32,000 nt of DNA, taken from assembly GCF_000195755.1 (NCBI RefSeq), contig NC_002937.3, forward strand, positions 570,001 through 602,000, in the 5' to 3' direction. This document shows, piece by piece, positions 1 to 8,638 of the stretch. A program made the position numbers and the translations under genes. The DNA comes from Nitratidesulfovibrio vulgaris str. Hildenborough (GTDB taxonomy: Bacteria > Desulfobacterota > Desulfovibrionia > Desulfovibrionales > Desulfovibrionaceae). The notes beneath the pieces were generated by a model. The model saw only the letters and a program-made list of their open reading frames with translations, searched no databases and was not told the origin of the DNA. Position 1 is the stretch's first letter. Each line of letters starts with the position of its first letter.

Positions 1-119
1 GGGGTATAGAGTTCACGCAGCAGGGCGCGGAAGGCGGGGGTGTCCGGCGTGCGGACAGGTGTGTTGTCCAGTTTGCCCGCCAGTCTTCTGTATACGTCCT
101 TGCCAGTGAGATGTCCCAT
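1..119 (-). CDS. N-terminal fragment of a protein-coding gene that continues past the window start (MGHLTGKDVYRRLAGKLDNTPVRTPDTPAFRALLRELYT...). Possibly an Fe-S cluster-binding protein family, from memory only.
   Basis: ATG at 119-117 (complement) is preceded by AGGAAGG at a short 3-4 nt spacing. The frame stays open to position 1. It is too short to appear in the ORF track, so I translated it by hand. Confidence 0.4.
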   Translation of the reverse strand, partial: MGHLTGKDVYRRLAGKLDNTPVRTPDTPAFRALLRELYT

Positions 120-495
120 GTGCCTTCCTGTCGTGTGCCGTGCCGGGGAGAGGGTATGCCGTCCCCATGTATCGTGTTGCCGTGTCGTGTATGTCGTGTG
201 GACGTTTACGGCGAGTGTTGCCGGTCGTGAGGTGCCGCGGGCTGCATCCGTGCGGGCCGTCATCATGCCGGATGTGGGGCTACCCGTCATTCTCGGCTTT
301 CCCGCCTCGCTTCTGCCCTATGCCTCTTCCGGCGACTTCACCGTCGCCCTTGCCATCCGTCGACTCCATCCGGTGAACCGTCACGATGGGCCTGTATCCG
401 TGCCCCGGCCACGGTAGGCCCGGTCCGGAGGCGTGCCCGTACGCGGACGAGACGGCTACCCCGGTATCGCCGGGTGGTAGTGGTGAATCAACCAG

Positions 496-891
496 TCACT
501 GGGCCAGCCATTGGGCCCACAGCTTGCGCGAACGGGGGCCGTCCCATTCGCAGAAATAGATGCCCTGCCATGTGCCGAGGCGTACCTCGCCGCCGTCCAC
601 GATGAGCATGAGTGAAGGGCCGAAAAGGCTCGTCTTGATGTGCGCGTCGCTGTTGCCTTCGGCATGGCGATAGTCGCCATGGCGCGGCACGAGGCGTCCC
701 ATGTTCACGGTCATGTCGCGTGCCACGTCCGGGTCTGCGGCTTCGTTGACGGTGAGCGCACCCGTGGTATGCGGGCAGAAGAGCAGCAACGCCCCGTCAC
801 GCCAGCCTCGTGTGCTCACGAGTTCGCGGATGGCGGACGTGATGTCGAGCATCTGTTCGCGGGTGGTGGTATGCAGGGTGATGGTCTCCAT
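496..891 (-). CDS. YjbQ/UPF0047 family protein (secondary thiamine-phosphate synthase-like), 131 aa
   Basis: Only the last 131 codons of the 496..1857 ORF look real: [19 protein letters not shown]...[10 protein letters not shown]...HIKTSL...[10 protein letters not shown]. That matches the YjbQ family. ATG at 891-889. Confidence 0.88.
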   Translation of the reverse strand: METITLHTTTREQMLDITSAIRELVSTRGWRDGALLLFCPHTTGALTVNEAADPDVARDMTVNMGRLVPRHGDYRHAEGNSDAHIKTSLFGPSLMLIVDGGEVRLGTWQGIYFCEWDGPRSRKLWAQWLAQ

Positions 892-1240
892 CTTGTTCCT
901 CCGCGAATGGGGTGGTGCCCGGTTGGACGGCCGACAGGGTAGGGCGTACGCGTCGGGGCAGAGTATGCCGTTGTGCCGGGGCGAACGCTTCGGGTCTCGG
1001 ACATCGGGTCTTGATCTCCGGGCCGTACGCAGCAGGCCATAGGCCCCGGGCCGTATGCAGCAGGACGGGCGCGTCGGGCGGCATCCCGTAAGAGAAAACG
1101 GGTGGCGCATGGCCCGTGCTTGAGGCACCGTGCTTTTTTGCCTACAACCACAACATGCCCTACGGCAAGGGGATGTCGCGACATGTCCCTGCCGTCCATT
1201 TCCGGCCACGCGCCGGTCACAGCTAGCATCAGGAGCGACC

Positions 1241-3169
1241 ATGCCTGTAATCATGGGCACGGCTGGACATATCGACCATGGCAAGACTTCGCTCGTCCGG
1301 GCGCTGACCGGCATCGACTGCGACCGCCTCGACGAGGAGAAACGGCGAGGCATCACCATCGAACTGGGCTTCGCCTTCTGCGACCTGCCCGGTGGCGGGC
1401 GGCTTGGCGTCGTCGACGTGCCGGGGCACGAGAAGTTCGTCCGCAACATGGTGGCAGGGGCGTCGGGCGTCGACTTCGTCATGCTGGTCATCGCCGCCGA
1501 CGAGGGCGTCATGCCGCAGACCCGCGAACATCTTGAGATATGCTCGCTGCTGGGCATCCGGCATGGTCTCGTCGCCCTCACCAAGGTGGACATGGTCGAT
1601 GCCGACTGGCTTGAACTGGCACAGGACGACGTGGCTGGATTCCTTGCCGGGACATTCCTTGAGGGTGCGCCCATCTTTCCGGTCTCCGCCGTGACAGGGC
1701 AGGGTCTCGACACCCTGCGCGAACACCTCGCCACCCTTGAACGTGAATTGCGTCCTGAACGCCGTACCGACCTCTTCCGCCTGCCCGTCGACCGGGTGTT
1801 CACCATGCGCGGGCATGGTACGGTGGTGACGGGCACCATGATATCCGGTTCGCTCAAGGTGGGGGACGATGTGGTGCTCTATCCCGAAGGGCGCACAAGC
1901 AAGGTCCGGGGGCTGCAAAGCCACGGCGGGCCTGTGGACAAGGCCCTTGCGGGGCGTCGTACCGCAGTCAACCTCCAGGGCGTGGACGTGGCCGAGGTGC
2001 AGCGGGGCGAGGTGCTGGCGCTGCCCGGTACGTTGTTCCCCGCGCAGCGGTGGGACGTACGCCTGACCTGTCTCTCGTCCGCAGCGCGGCCCTTGCGTAA
2101 CCGTACCGAGGTGCACTTCCATCACGGTGCGCGCGAGGTGCTGGCGCGTCTGCATTTTCACGACCGCGACCGCCTCAACCCCGGCGAGACGGCACTGTGT
2201 CAGGTGCGTTTCACGGAACCGATGGTGGGCGTGTTCGGCGACAGGTGCGTGGTGCGGACATTCTCGCCCCTGCGTACCGTGGCGGGGGGCGTGGTGGTCA
2301 ACCCCACAGGTCACGACCTGCGTCGGCGCGACCCGCATTTCGCCGACAAGGTCGCCTTGCTGGCAAGCCTCCCCGAAGCCACCGAAGAGGAACTGGTGCA
2401 GGCCCATGTGGACCTTTCCGGCAATGCCGGTGCGGGCTTCGTACGTCTTTCCGTGCTCACCGACCTTGAGTCGAAGCGGCTTGAGAAAGTGCTGCAGGCG
2501 CTCGGTGCACGCGGGCGTCTGTTCTGCTTCGACCGTGAGGAGAGGGCCTACGTCGGGGCGGATGCCCTGCAAGCCCTCTCTGCCGGGTGCCTCGACCATG
2601 CTGGCGCGTTCCATGCCAAGGAACCGCTCAAGCCCGGCATGGCGCGCGGCGTGCTGGCCTCGGGCTGGGGACGCGGCTTGCACCCCCGCCTCATCCATTT
2701 CGTGGTCGAACGCCTCATCAAGCAGGGGGCACTGGTCGCCGAGGGCGACGTGTTGCGCCTGCCCGGACACAAGGTCTCGCTGGCTTCCGACCAGGAGGGA
2801 TTGAGGGGCAAACTGCTCGCCATCTATTCCGAGGCAGGCATGACCCCGCCCAACCTCAAGGATGTGCTGGAGACCCTGTCGCTGGAACAGAAGGAGGCCG
2901 CGCCCGTGCTCAAGCTGCTGCACGATGGCGGCGAACTTGTGCGCGTCAAGGACGGGCTGCTCTTCCATCGCAGTGCGCTTGATGAACTCAAGGGCCGCGT
3001 GGCCCGGTGGTTCGACGACCACGACGACCTCGACCCCTCGGGTTTCAAGGAACTCTCGGGCGGGCTGTCGCGCAAGTACATCATCCCGCTGCTCGAGTAC
3101 TTCGACCGTGAGCGTGTCACCATCCGCGTGGGAGACAAGAGGCAGCTACGGGGGGCCAAGGCCGGGTAG
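1241..3169 (+). CDS. selB: Selenocysteine-specific translation elongation factor SelB, 642 aa
   Basis: N-terminal GTPase motifs [21 protein letters not shown] and LTKVD, followed by a long C-terminal winged-helix-type extension. AGGAG lies 5 nt upstream of the ATG at 1241. The ORF-track start at 1130 is probably too far upstream. Confidence 0.93.
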   Translation: MPVIMGTAGHIDHGKTSLVRALTGIDCDRLDEEKRRGITIELGFAFCDLPGGGRLGVVDVPGHEKFVRNMVAGASGVDFVMLVIAADEGVMPQTREHLEICSLLGIRHGLVALTKVDMVDADWLELAQDDVAGFLAGTFLEGAPIFPVSAVTGQGLDTLREHLATLERELRPERRTDLFRLPVDRVFTMRGHGTVVTGTMISGSLKVGDDVVLYPEGRTSKVRGLQSHGGPVDKALAGRRTAVNLQGVDVAEVQRGEVLALPGTLFPAQRWDVRLTCLSSAARPLRNRTEVHFHHGAREVLARLHFHDRDRLNPGETALCQVRFTEPMVGVFGDRCVVRTFSPLRTVAGGVVVNPTGHDLRRRDPHFADKVALLASLPEATEEELVQAHVDLSGNAGAGFVRLSVLTDLESKRLEKVLQALGARGRLFCFDREERAYVGADALQALSAGCLDHAGAFHAKEPLKPGMARGVLASGWGRGLHPRLIHFVVERLIKQGALVAEGDVLRLPGHKVSLASDQEGLRGKLLAIYSEAGMTPPNLKDVLETLSLEQKEAAPVLKLLHDGGELVRVKDGLLFHRSALDELKGRVARWFDDHDDLDPSGFKELSGGLSRKYIIPLLEYFDRERVTIRVGDKRQLRGAKAG

Positions 3170-3266
3170 CAGCCTTGCCCAGGGCCATGAGCGCAGCGCA
3201 TGATGGAGCGGCGGCATCGCTTACGGGGATGTTGTCCGCACAGTACGGAGTCCTTTGACGATTCGG

Positions 3267-3294
3267 AAGGCGGCTGGCGACAGCCGCCTTTTCG
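3267..3294 (+). terminator. Rho-independent terminator downstream of selB
   Basis: AAGGCGGCTG-GCGA-CAGCCGCCTT forms a 10-bp stem and is followed by TTCG. Confidence 0.6.
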
Positions 3295-3456
3295 CGTAGG
3301 GCCAAGGCGGGCGATTGACCCCTGTTTCACGACGGGCATCAACGTGCCCGCTACGCATGCCAGCCATGGGCATCGGGGCAGGTGGCAAGCTGGCGGGCAG
3401 GATGGGTTCTGTGTCTTCCCCGGCAGGCGCGGGCTGCCCGTCCGTGTGCAACAGAG

Positions 3457-3482
3457 AAGGGCGACCGTTTCCGGTCGCCCTT
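3457..3482 (-). terminator. Rho-independent terminator downstream of the 273-aa hypothetical gene
   Basis: AAGGGCGACCG-TTTC-CGGTCGCCCTT forms an 11-bp stem. On the minus strand it is followed by CTCTGTT. It lies 32 nt past the stop at 3514. Confidence 0.6.
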
Positions 3483-3513
3483 GGTAGGCGTGAAAGCTGT
3501 GGTGTTTGCGAGG

Positions 3514-4335
3514 CTAGTCGACGAGACGGCCCTGCAACCAGACGATGGCCTCGATGTCGTCGCCCGCCTTGGGTTCGAAGCCGCCAAGAGTGCGCTCAGC
3601 GACGTAGAGCATGGCGCGCAGCGCCTTGTCGTCCTTGCCTGCAAGCGACACGGTCAGCATGAACACCTTCTCGCCGTTGAACTGGCAGGTGGCGACCTCT
3701 TCAACGGGAACGCGAATCTGGTATTCGCTGGCGTTGACGTACTGCTGCATGATGCGGGCGCCCTTGAGCGGGAGCGTCAGCGGAGGGATGCTGGCGGGGT
3801 CGACACCGGGGTTCTTGTCCACGTATGCCTTGGCGTAGCTGTCGAACTGGGGGCCGCCCTTGACCTGGATGCTGTCACGGGTGGCGGGGCGCAGCGCATA
3901 GGCGAGCGCGGAAAGGGTGAAGACCTGCTTCTGCCCGACGATGCAACTCCAGCGGTCACGGTAGAGCAGGGGGTCGTAGAACCAGATGCTGTCGTCACCG
4001 GCGCGGCAGGCGGCGATTTCGCCTTCGGCGTCGTTGCCCCACGGGTGCACTTCGGTGACTTCAAGCTCGTTCTCGAGCCCTTCCAGCAGCGGCAGGGCAC
4101 TGACGGGCTGGTAGTTCTCGCCGTTCTGGTCGCCACGGATGATGAGTCCGGCGCGGCAGGGCTCTGTGGCAGGCCATGCCATGAGCACGGTGTGCCCGTC
4201 GGGGGTGTGCGACTGCCACGCTTCGCGGGTGCCGCCTTCATTGGCGATGGTCTGGACGAGACCCTTCACGGTTTCGTCGGGATTTTCAACGAGAGCGCGC
4301 CACTTGTCGCCGAGACCTTCAAAATGCTTGAGCAT
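3514..4335 (-). CDS. Hypothetical cytosolic protein, 273 aa, no family recognised
   Basis: Clean ORF with AAGGA 5 nt upstream of the ATG (4335), ordinary amino-acid composition and its own terminator. No TM segments or motifs that I can name. Confidence 0.8.
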   Translation of the reverse strand: MLKHFEGLGDKWRALVENPDETVKGLVQTIANEGGTREAWQSHTPDGHTVLMAWPATEPCRAGLIIRGDQNGENYQPVSALPLLEGLENELEVTEVHPWGNDAEGEIAACRAGDDSIWFYDPLLYRDRWSCIVGQKQVFTLSALAYALRPATRDSIQVKGGPQFDSYAKAYVDKNPGVDPASIPPLTLPLKGARIMQQYVNASEYQIRVPVEEVATCQFNGEKVFMLTVSLAGKDDKALRAMLYVAERTLGGFEPKAGDDIEAIVWLQGRLVD

Positions 4336-4370
4336 GGTTTTCCTTGTCGGTTGCGTAGTTGGGGGCGCGC

Positions 4371-4655
4371 TCAGAACATCAGCGAGCGCAGCGCGCCCAC
4401 GAAACCGGCGTAAAGCCGGGTTGTTACGCCTGCATGCTGATGCGTTGCGGCATCGGGAGTCATGCCGAGACGCTGGCGCAGCAACGTATACGCGCGGTCG
4501 AAACGCTCAAGATGTTTGCGTCGCCGTCTGGCGTCGCGCTCTGTGATGCGTTCAAGCCTGCGCATGGCAGCGTCGTGGCGCTGCCGGAGATGTTCAATAT
4601 CATCCATCACGAACCTCATTGCGTCCCGCGTCCAGTCCTCCCCCGGGTGTCGCAT
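4371..4655 (-). CDS. Small Arg-rich helical hypothetical protein, about 94 aa (start uncertain; alternative ATG at 4619)
   Basis: ORF lies 35 nt upstream of the 273-aa gene on the same strand. My hand count gives about 70% G/C at third codon positions, which is coding-like. No clear RBS. Confidence 0.5.
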   Translation of the reverse strand: MRHPGEDWTRDAMRFVMDDIEHLRQRHDAAMRRLERITERDARRRRKHLERFDRAYTLLRQRLGMTPDAATHQHAGVTTRLYAGFVGALRSLMF

Positions 4656-4919
4656 TGCGACATAGCTGTATGCAGGTCGTGAATATATTTGAACAAAATA
4701 TGGTGCGAGAGTGTAGCCTCGCCCCGCCCCCGTGTCAATTGCGCTGCAAGCGAAAATGCACATGACCGGAGGCGACGAAAAGATGTGATTTCTTGGGTGG
4801 TTCGCCGCGACCATGACCTAACGCTCACGCCACGACAAGGTGACGTAGAGAGGGCGGGTGTGCGCCATGCCGCCCCCGTGCGTTGCGGCTTCATACCTCT
4901 TTGCGTTGCTGTCTGCCCC

Positions 4920-4950
4920 ACGAGAAAGGGCGCGGGTTGCCCCGCGCCCT
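4920..4950 (-). terminator. Rho-independent terminator downstream of pnp
   Basis: On the minus strand, AGGGCGCGGG-GCAA-CCCGCGCCCT is followed by TTCTCGT. It starts 14 nt past the pnp stop. Confidence 0.65.
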
Positions 4951-4963
4951 CATGGCTTACAGC

Positions 4964-7246
4964 TTAGTTGCGGTCGCGTCCGCCGTCGCGACGTCCGCCA
5001 TCGCGGCGACCACCGTCACGTCCGCCATCACGGCGACCGTCACGACCGCCGTCGCGGCGACCATCACGTCCGCCGTCACGGCGTCCACCTTCGCGGGGAC
5101 CGGAGGGGCGAGCGGTGTCTTCGGGCTTCCATTCGATGCCCTGCTCTTCAAGCAGGACGGCCTTGCGGCTGGCGCGGATGCGGTCGCCGTTGATCTCGAT
5201 GACCTTCACGACCATGTCCTCGCCGAGGCGGGCCACGTCGGACGCCTGCTCGACCCTGTTGGTGTCAAGCTGCGAGATGTGCACGAGGGCTTCGAGGTTG
5301 GGCAGGATTTCGACGATGGCGCCGATTTCGAGGACCTTGCGCACCTTGCCGGTGTAGTTCTTGCCGATGTCGGCGCGCTGGTCGTAGTACTGCACCATCT
5401 CGCGGGCCATTTCCATGGCTTCGAGCGTGGGCGCGAAGATGGAGACGCGGCCGCTGTCCTCGATGTCGATGGACGCGCCGGTGGTGGCGGTGATGGCCTT
5501 GATGTTCTTGCCGCCGGGGCCGATGATGATGCGGATGATGTCGGGGTTGACGAACACCTCGGCATGCTGCGGCGCGTAGGCGGAAAGTTCGGCACGGGGG
5601 GCTTCGAGAACCTTGCCCATCTCGCCGAGGATGTGCAGGCGCGCATCACGGGCCTGCTGCATGGCGCGGGCCATGACATCGGTGGGCAGGCCCTTGACCT
5701 TGATGTCCATCTGGACAGCCGTGATGCCTTCGCTGGTACCGGCTATCTTGAAGTCCATGTCGCCGAGGGCGTCTTCGTCACCGAGGATGTCGGTGAGCAC
5801 CACGTACTGGTCGCCCTCCTTGATGAGGCCCATGGCCACACCGGCCACAGGGGCGGTGATGGGCACACCGGCGTCCATCAGCGAGAGGCAGCCGCCGCAG
5901 ACGGCGGCCATGGACGACGAACCGTTGGATTCCATCGTCTCGGCGACCACGCGCAGGGTGAAGGGAAAGTCTTCGCCGAGGGGCAGGATGGGACGCAGGG
6001 CCTTTTCGGCCAGTGCGCCGTGGCCGATTTCGCGGCGGGAGACGCGCACGGGCTTCACTTCACCCACGCAGTAGGGGGCGAAGTTGTAGTGCAGCATGAA
6101 GCGCTTGGTGACGTCGCCGGTCAGCGAGTCCATGCGCTGTTCGTCGGTGGAACTACCGAGGGTGGCCACGACCAGCGACTTGGTCTCGCCGCGCGCGAAC
6201 AGGGCGGAACCATGGGCGCGGGGCAGGATGCCCGCTTCGATGAGAATGGGGCGAACGGTGGTGGTGTCGCGACCGTCGATGCGGCGGCCTTCGCGCACGA
6301 TGCGTTCGCGCACGATGCGCTTCTCAAGCGCAGAGAGGATGTCGCCCACGGCGCGCAGCGGAGTGGTGTCTTCGGCGTAGGCGGGGTCGGCCACAAGGGC
6401 CTCCATCACCTTCTCCTTGACGGCCTTGCGGGCATCCTTGCGGGCCATCTTCTCGGGAATGCGAAGGGCTACGTCAAGGTCTGCGGTGGCAAGGGCGGCC
6501 ACACGTGCGGCAAGGTCTGCATCTTCGACCGGTGCGGTGAACTCGCGCTTGGCCTTGCCAGCCATCTCGCGCAGCTTCAGCTGTGCGTCGATGAGGGGCT
6601 GGATTTCCTTGTGACCCCATTCGAGGGCTTCGACGATGACCGCTTCGGGCACGAAGCTGGCTTCGCCTTCGACCATCACCACGGCATCACGCGAGGCGGC
6701 GAGCACGATGTTGAGGTCGCTGCGCTCCATCTCCTTGATGGTGGGGTTGATGACGAACTGACCGTCGATGCGACCGATGCGCGCACCGGCGACCGGGCCG
6801 TCGAACGGGATGGACGACAGGCCGAGTGCGGTGGAGGCGCCGGTGACGGCGAGCACGTCGGAGTCGTTGTTCTGGTCGGAGGAGATGACGTTGGCGAGCA
6901 CCTGCACCTCATCCTTGAGGCCCTTGGGGAAGAGCGGACGGATGGGGCGGTCGATGAGGCGGGAGACGAGGGTCTCGCGCTCGCTGGGGCGGCCGATCTC
7001 GCGTCGGAAGAAGCTGCCGGGGATGCGGCCGGCGGCGTACATCTTCTCGGAGTATTCGACGGTGAGCGGGAAGAAGCCGAGGTCGCGGTCAGTGGCTTGC
7101 GAGCACGCGGTGACGAGCACCACGGTACCGCCGCACTGTATCCACACGGCACCATCGGCCTGATTGGCGAGGCGACCTGTCTCGAAGACGATCTCCTTGC
7201 CGCCGACAGTGGCGGTGACGCGCATGGCGTTGAATATATTGGTCAT
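4964..7246 (-). CDS. pnp: Polyribonucleotide nucleotidyltransferase (PNPase), 760 aa, with an unusual C-terminal RDGG-repeat tail
   Basis: Full-length match to PNPase architecture: two RNase PH domains, then KH (IIGPGGKNIK) and S1 domains. GGAGAGGAAA RBS upstream of the ATG at 7246. Confidence 0.97.
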   Translation of the reverse strand: MTNIFNAMRVTATVGGKEIVFETGRLANQADGAVWIQCGGTVVLVTACSQATDRDLGFFPLTVEYSEKMYAAGRIPGSFFRREIGRPSERETLVSRLIDRPIRPLFPKGLKDEVQVLANVISSDQNNDSDVLAVTGASTALGLSSIPFDGPVAGARIGRIDGQFVINPTIKEMERSDLNIVLAASRDAVVMVEGEASFVPEAVIVEALEWGHKEIQPLIDAQLKLREMAGKAKREFTAPVEDADLAARVAALATADLDVALRIPEKMARKDARKAVKEKVMEALVADPAYAEDTTPLRAVGDILSALEKRIVRERIVREGRRIDGRDTTTVRPILIEAGILPRAHGSALFARGETKSLVVATLGSSTDEQRMDSLTGDVTKRFMLHYNFAPYCVGEVKPVRVSRREIGHGALAEKALRPILPLGEDFPFTLRVVAETMESNGSSSMAAVCGGCLSLMDAGVPITAPVAGVAMGLIKEGDQYVVLTDILGDEDALGDMDFKIAGTSEGITAVQMDIKVKGLPTDVMARAMQQARDARLHILGEMGKVLEAPRAELSAYAPQHAEVFVNPDIIRIIIGPGGKNIKAITATTGASIDIEDSGRVSIFAPTLEAMEMAREMVQYYDQRADIGKNYTGKVRKVLEIGAIVEILPNLEALVHISQLDTNRVEQASDVARLGEDMVVKVIEINGDRIRASRKAVLLEEQGIEWKPEDTARPSGPREGGRRDGGRDGRRDGGRDGRRDGGRDGGRRDGGRRDGGRDRN
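4967..5101 (-). repeat. In-frame tandem low-complexity repeat encoding about 45 aa of (G)GR(R)DG units at the PNPase C-terminus
   Basis: Protein tail is GPREGGRRDGGRDGRRDGGRDGRRDGGRDGGRRDGGRRDGGRDRN. The DNA shows a periodic cgccgtc/acgtccgcc pattern. Confidence 0.85.
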
Positions 7247-7417
7247 GTTGTTTCCTCTCCGTCTGCGAAGGGGATTCCGGGGAGAAGGTCGGGCTTTCCG
7301 GACGGCGTCCGTGCGGCCCTCTTCCCGGACCCCCCTTACCGAAGACGTGTTGTATCGGCGCGTGCCGATGTTTCGACGGAGGAGGGGGGCCGTGCGGCCC
7401 CCCTCTGGACGAACCTG
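7247..7417 (-). promoter_or_regulatory. Structured rpsO-pnp intercistronic leader (hairpins at 7382-7405 and about 7279-7327)
   Basis: GAGGGGGGCC-GTGC-GGCCCCCCTC forms a 10-bp stem just after the rpsO stop, with no U tract. A second long imperfect stem pairs GGGGAGAAGG with CCCTCTTCCC. Confidence 0.4.
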
Positions 7418-7687
7418 CTACTTTCTCAGACCGAGCTTCTCGATGAGGGCACGGTAACGCTGGACGTCCTTCTTCTTGAGGTAGTTCAGCAGCTTGCGGC
7501 GCTGACCAACCAGCTTCAGAAGGCCGGTGCGCGAGTGGTAGTCCTTCTTGTGGACCTTGAAGTGGCCGGTAAGCTGTTCGATGCGGGCGGTGAGCAGGGC
7601 GACCTGCACTTCAGGAGAGCCGGTGTCGCCTTCGTGCTTTGCGTGTGCGTCGATGACGGCCTTTTTTGCTTCGATGTCCATAACCAC
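7418..7687 (-). CDS. rpsO: 30S ribosomal protein S15, 89 aa (GTG start)
   Basis: [51 protein letters not shown] is classic S15. GGAGGA lies 7 nt upstream of the GTG at 7687. Confidence 0.95.
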   Translation of the reverse strand: MVMDIEAKKAVIDAHAKHEGDTGSPEVQVALLTARIEQLTGHFKVHKKDYHSRTGLLKLVGQRRKLLNYLKKKDVQRYRALIEKLGLRK

Positions 7688-7711
7688 AGCTAGTTCCTCC
7701 GATGTTGGGCG

Positions 7712-8638
7712 TTAACTCCACAGTCCCCGGAGTACGGCCCAGACCTGTCTGCCACCTACGATGGCCGTTTCGACAAGAGCCACGGGCACCTCGCGCGTGT
7801 CGAGCAGTATCGCCTTCACACCTTCCATGAATGGCATGTCCGCCACCATCTCGGGTTGATAGGGCAGTGGTATCCCGTTGCGTACGCTCGCCTCCTGCTG
7901 GAGGCTGATGCCGACCTTTGGCCAGTGCGGCAACGCGTGCGTGATGGGGATGACCCGCTCTGCGAGGCGTCCGGGTTCTGCGAGCACGGCATCAAGGGTA
8001 TGCGCCATGTCCAGTCCGAACGGATGACTGTACTCCCGGGTCAGTTCCGTAAGCACGGCGCCGCACCCTAGACGTATCCCCAAGCTGTGGGCCAGGGACC
8101 GTATGTAGGTGCCGGAACTGCATCTTACCCGGAAACGTACATGCGGCAGGTCGCACCATACGACCTCCGCAAGGGAAATCTCGACGGTCTTCGTCTTCAC
8201 CGGGGTCTCGCGGCCTGCACGCGAAAGCTTGTACAGGGGCTGGCCCTGATGCTTTGCGGCAGAATAGGGGGGCACCTCCTGCTCGGAGGAACCCAGCCAC
8301 GAGTCGACGATGGCGCGCACGTCGGCTTCTGTCACATGGTGCCAGGGCGCGGTGGCTGTCACCGTACCTTCGGCGTCCCAAGTGTCGGTCGTCTCGCCAA
8401 GGCGCAGGGTGCCTGCATACACCTTCTCGCCATCGGCCATGAGGTGACCTGAAATTTTCGTCGCATGTCCCAGCAGGACGAGCAACACACCACCAGCCAT
8501 GGGGTCGAGAGTCCCCGCATGACCTATCTTCTTCTGACCCAGCCGCTTCACCTTCGAGATGCACTGGGCCGACGAGGGGCCACTGGGCTTGTCCAGCACC
8601 AGCAGACCATGCTGCTGTACGGGCATCTGGTCAAACAT
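7712..8638 (-). CDS. truB: tRNA pseudouridine(55) synthase TruB (start uncertain among 8656, 8638 and 8626)
   Basis: GLLVLDKPSGPSS...KIGHAGTLDPMAGGVLLVLLG contains the catalytic Asp motif. The start at 8638 overlaps the upstream stop by 8 nt and has GGAG 9 nt upstream. Confidence 0.9.
   Translation of the reverse strand: MFDQMPVQQHGLLVLDKPSGPSSAQCISKVKRLGQKKIGHAGTLDPMAGGVLLVLLGHATKISGHLMADGEKVYAGTLRLGETTDTWDAEGTVTATAPWHHVTEADVRAIVDSWLGSSEQEVPPYSAAKHQGQPLYKLSRAGRETPVKTKTVEISLAEVVWCDLPHVRFRVRCSSGTYIRSLAHSLGIRLGCGAVLTELTREYSHPFGLDMAHTLDAVLAEPGRLAERVIPITHALPHWPKVGISLQQEASVRNGIPLPYQPEMVADMPFMEGVKAILLDTREVPVALVETAIVGGRQVWAVLRGLWS

Noticed and set aside
1105-1140. Possible terminator or sigma54 site (GGCACCGTGCTTTTTTGCC) upstream of selB
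   Set aside because: The stem is only 4 bp (GTGC/GCAC). The GGCAC-to-TTGC spacing is 9 nt rather than 5, so neither interpretation holds.
496-1857. 453-aa minus-strand ORF, and the 597-aa ORF at 1229..3022, both antisense to selB
   Set aside because: Only the last 131 codons (496-891) encode a recognisable YjbQ protein with its own ATG. The upstream part, like the 1229..3022 ORF, is Arg/Ser/Pro-rich antisense read-through of selB.
3295-3456. Possible tRNA-Sec (selC) or another tRNA in the 160-nt gap after the selB terminator
   Set aside because: I could not find a TCA-anticodon loop context, a GGTTCGAnTCC-type T-loop or a cloverleaf on either strand. GGGTTCTGTGTC is not a T-arm.
4883-7693. 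936-aa ORF on the plus strand, covering all of pnp and rpsO in antisense
   Set aside because: It lies antisense to two unambiguous genes. The translation is Gly/Asp/Ala/Val/His low complexity with no recognisable domain. Long stop-free antisense frames are a normal by-product of high GC3 coding DNA.
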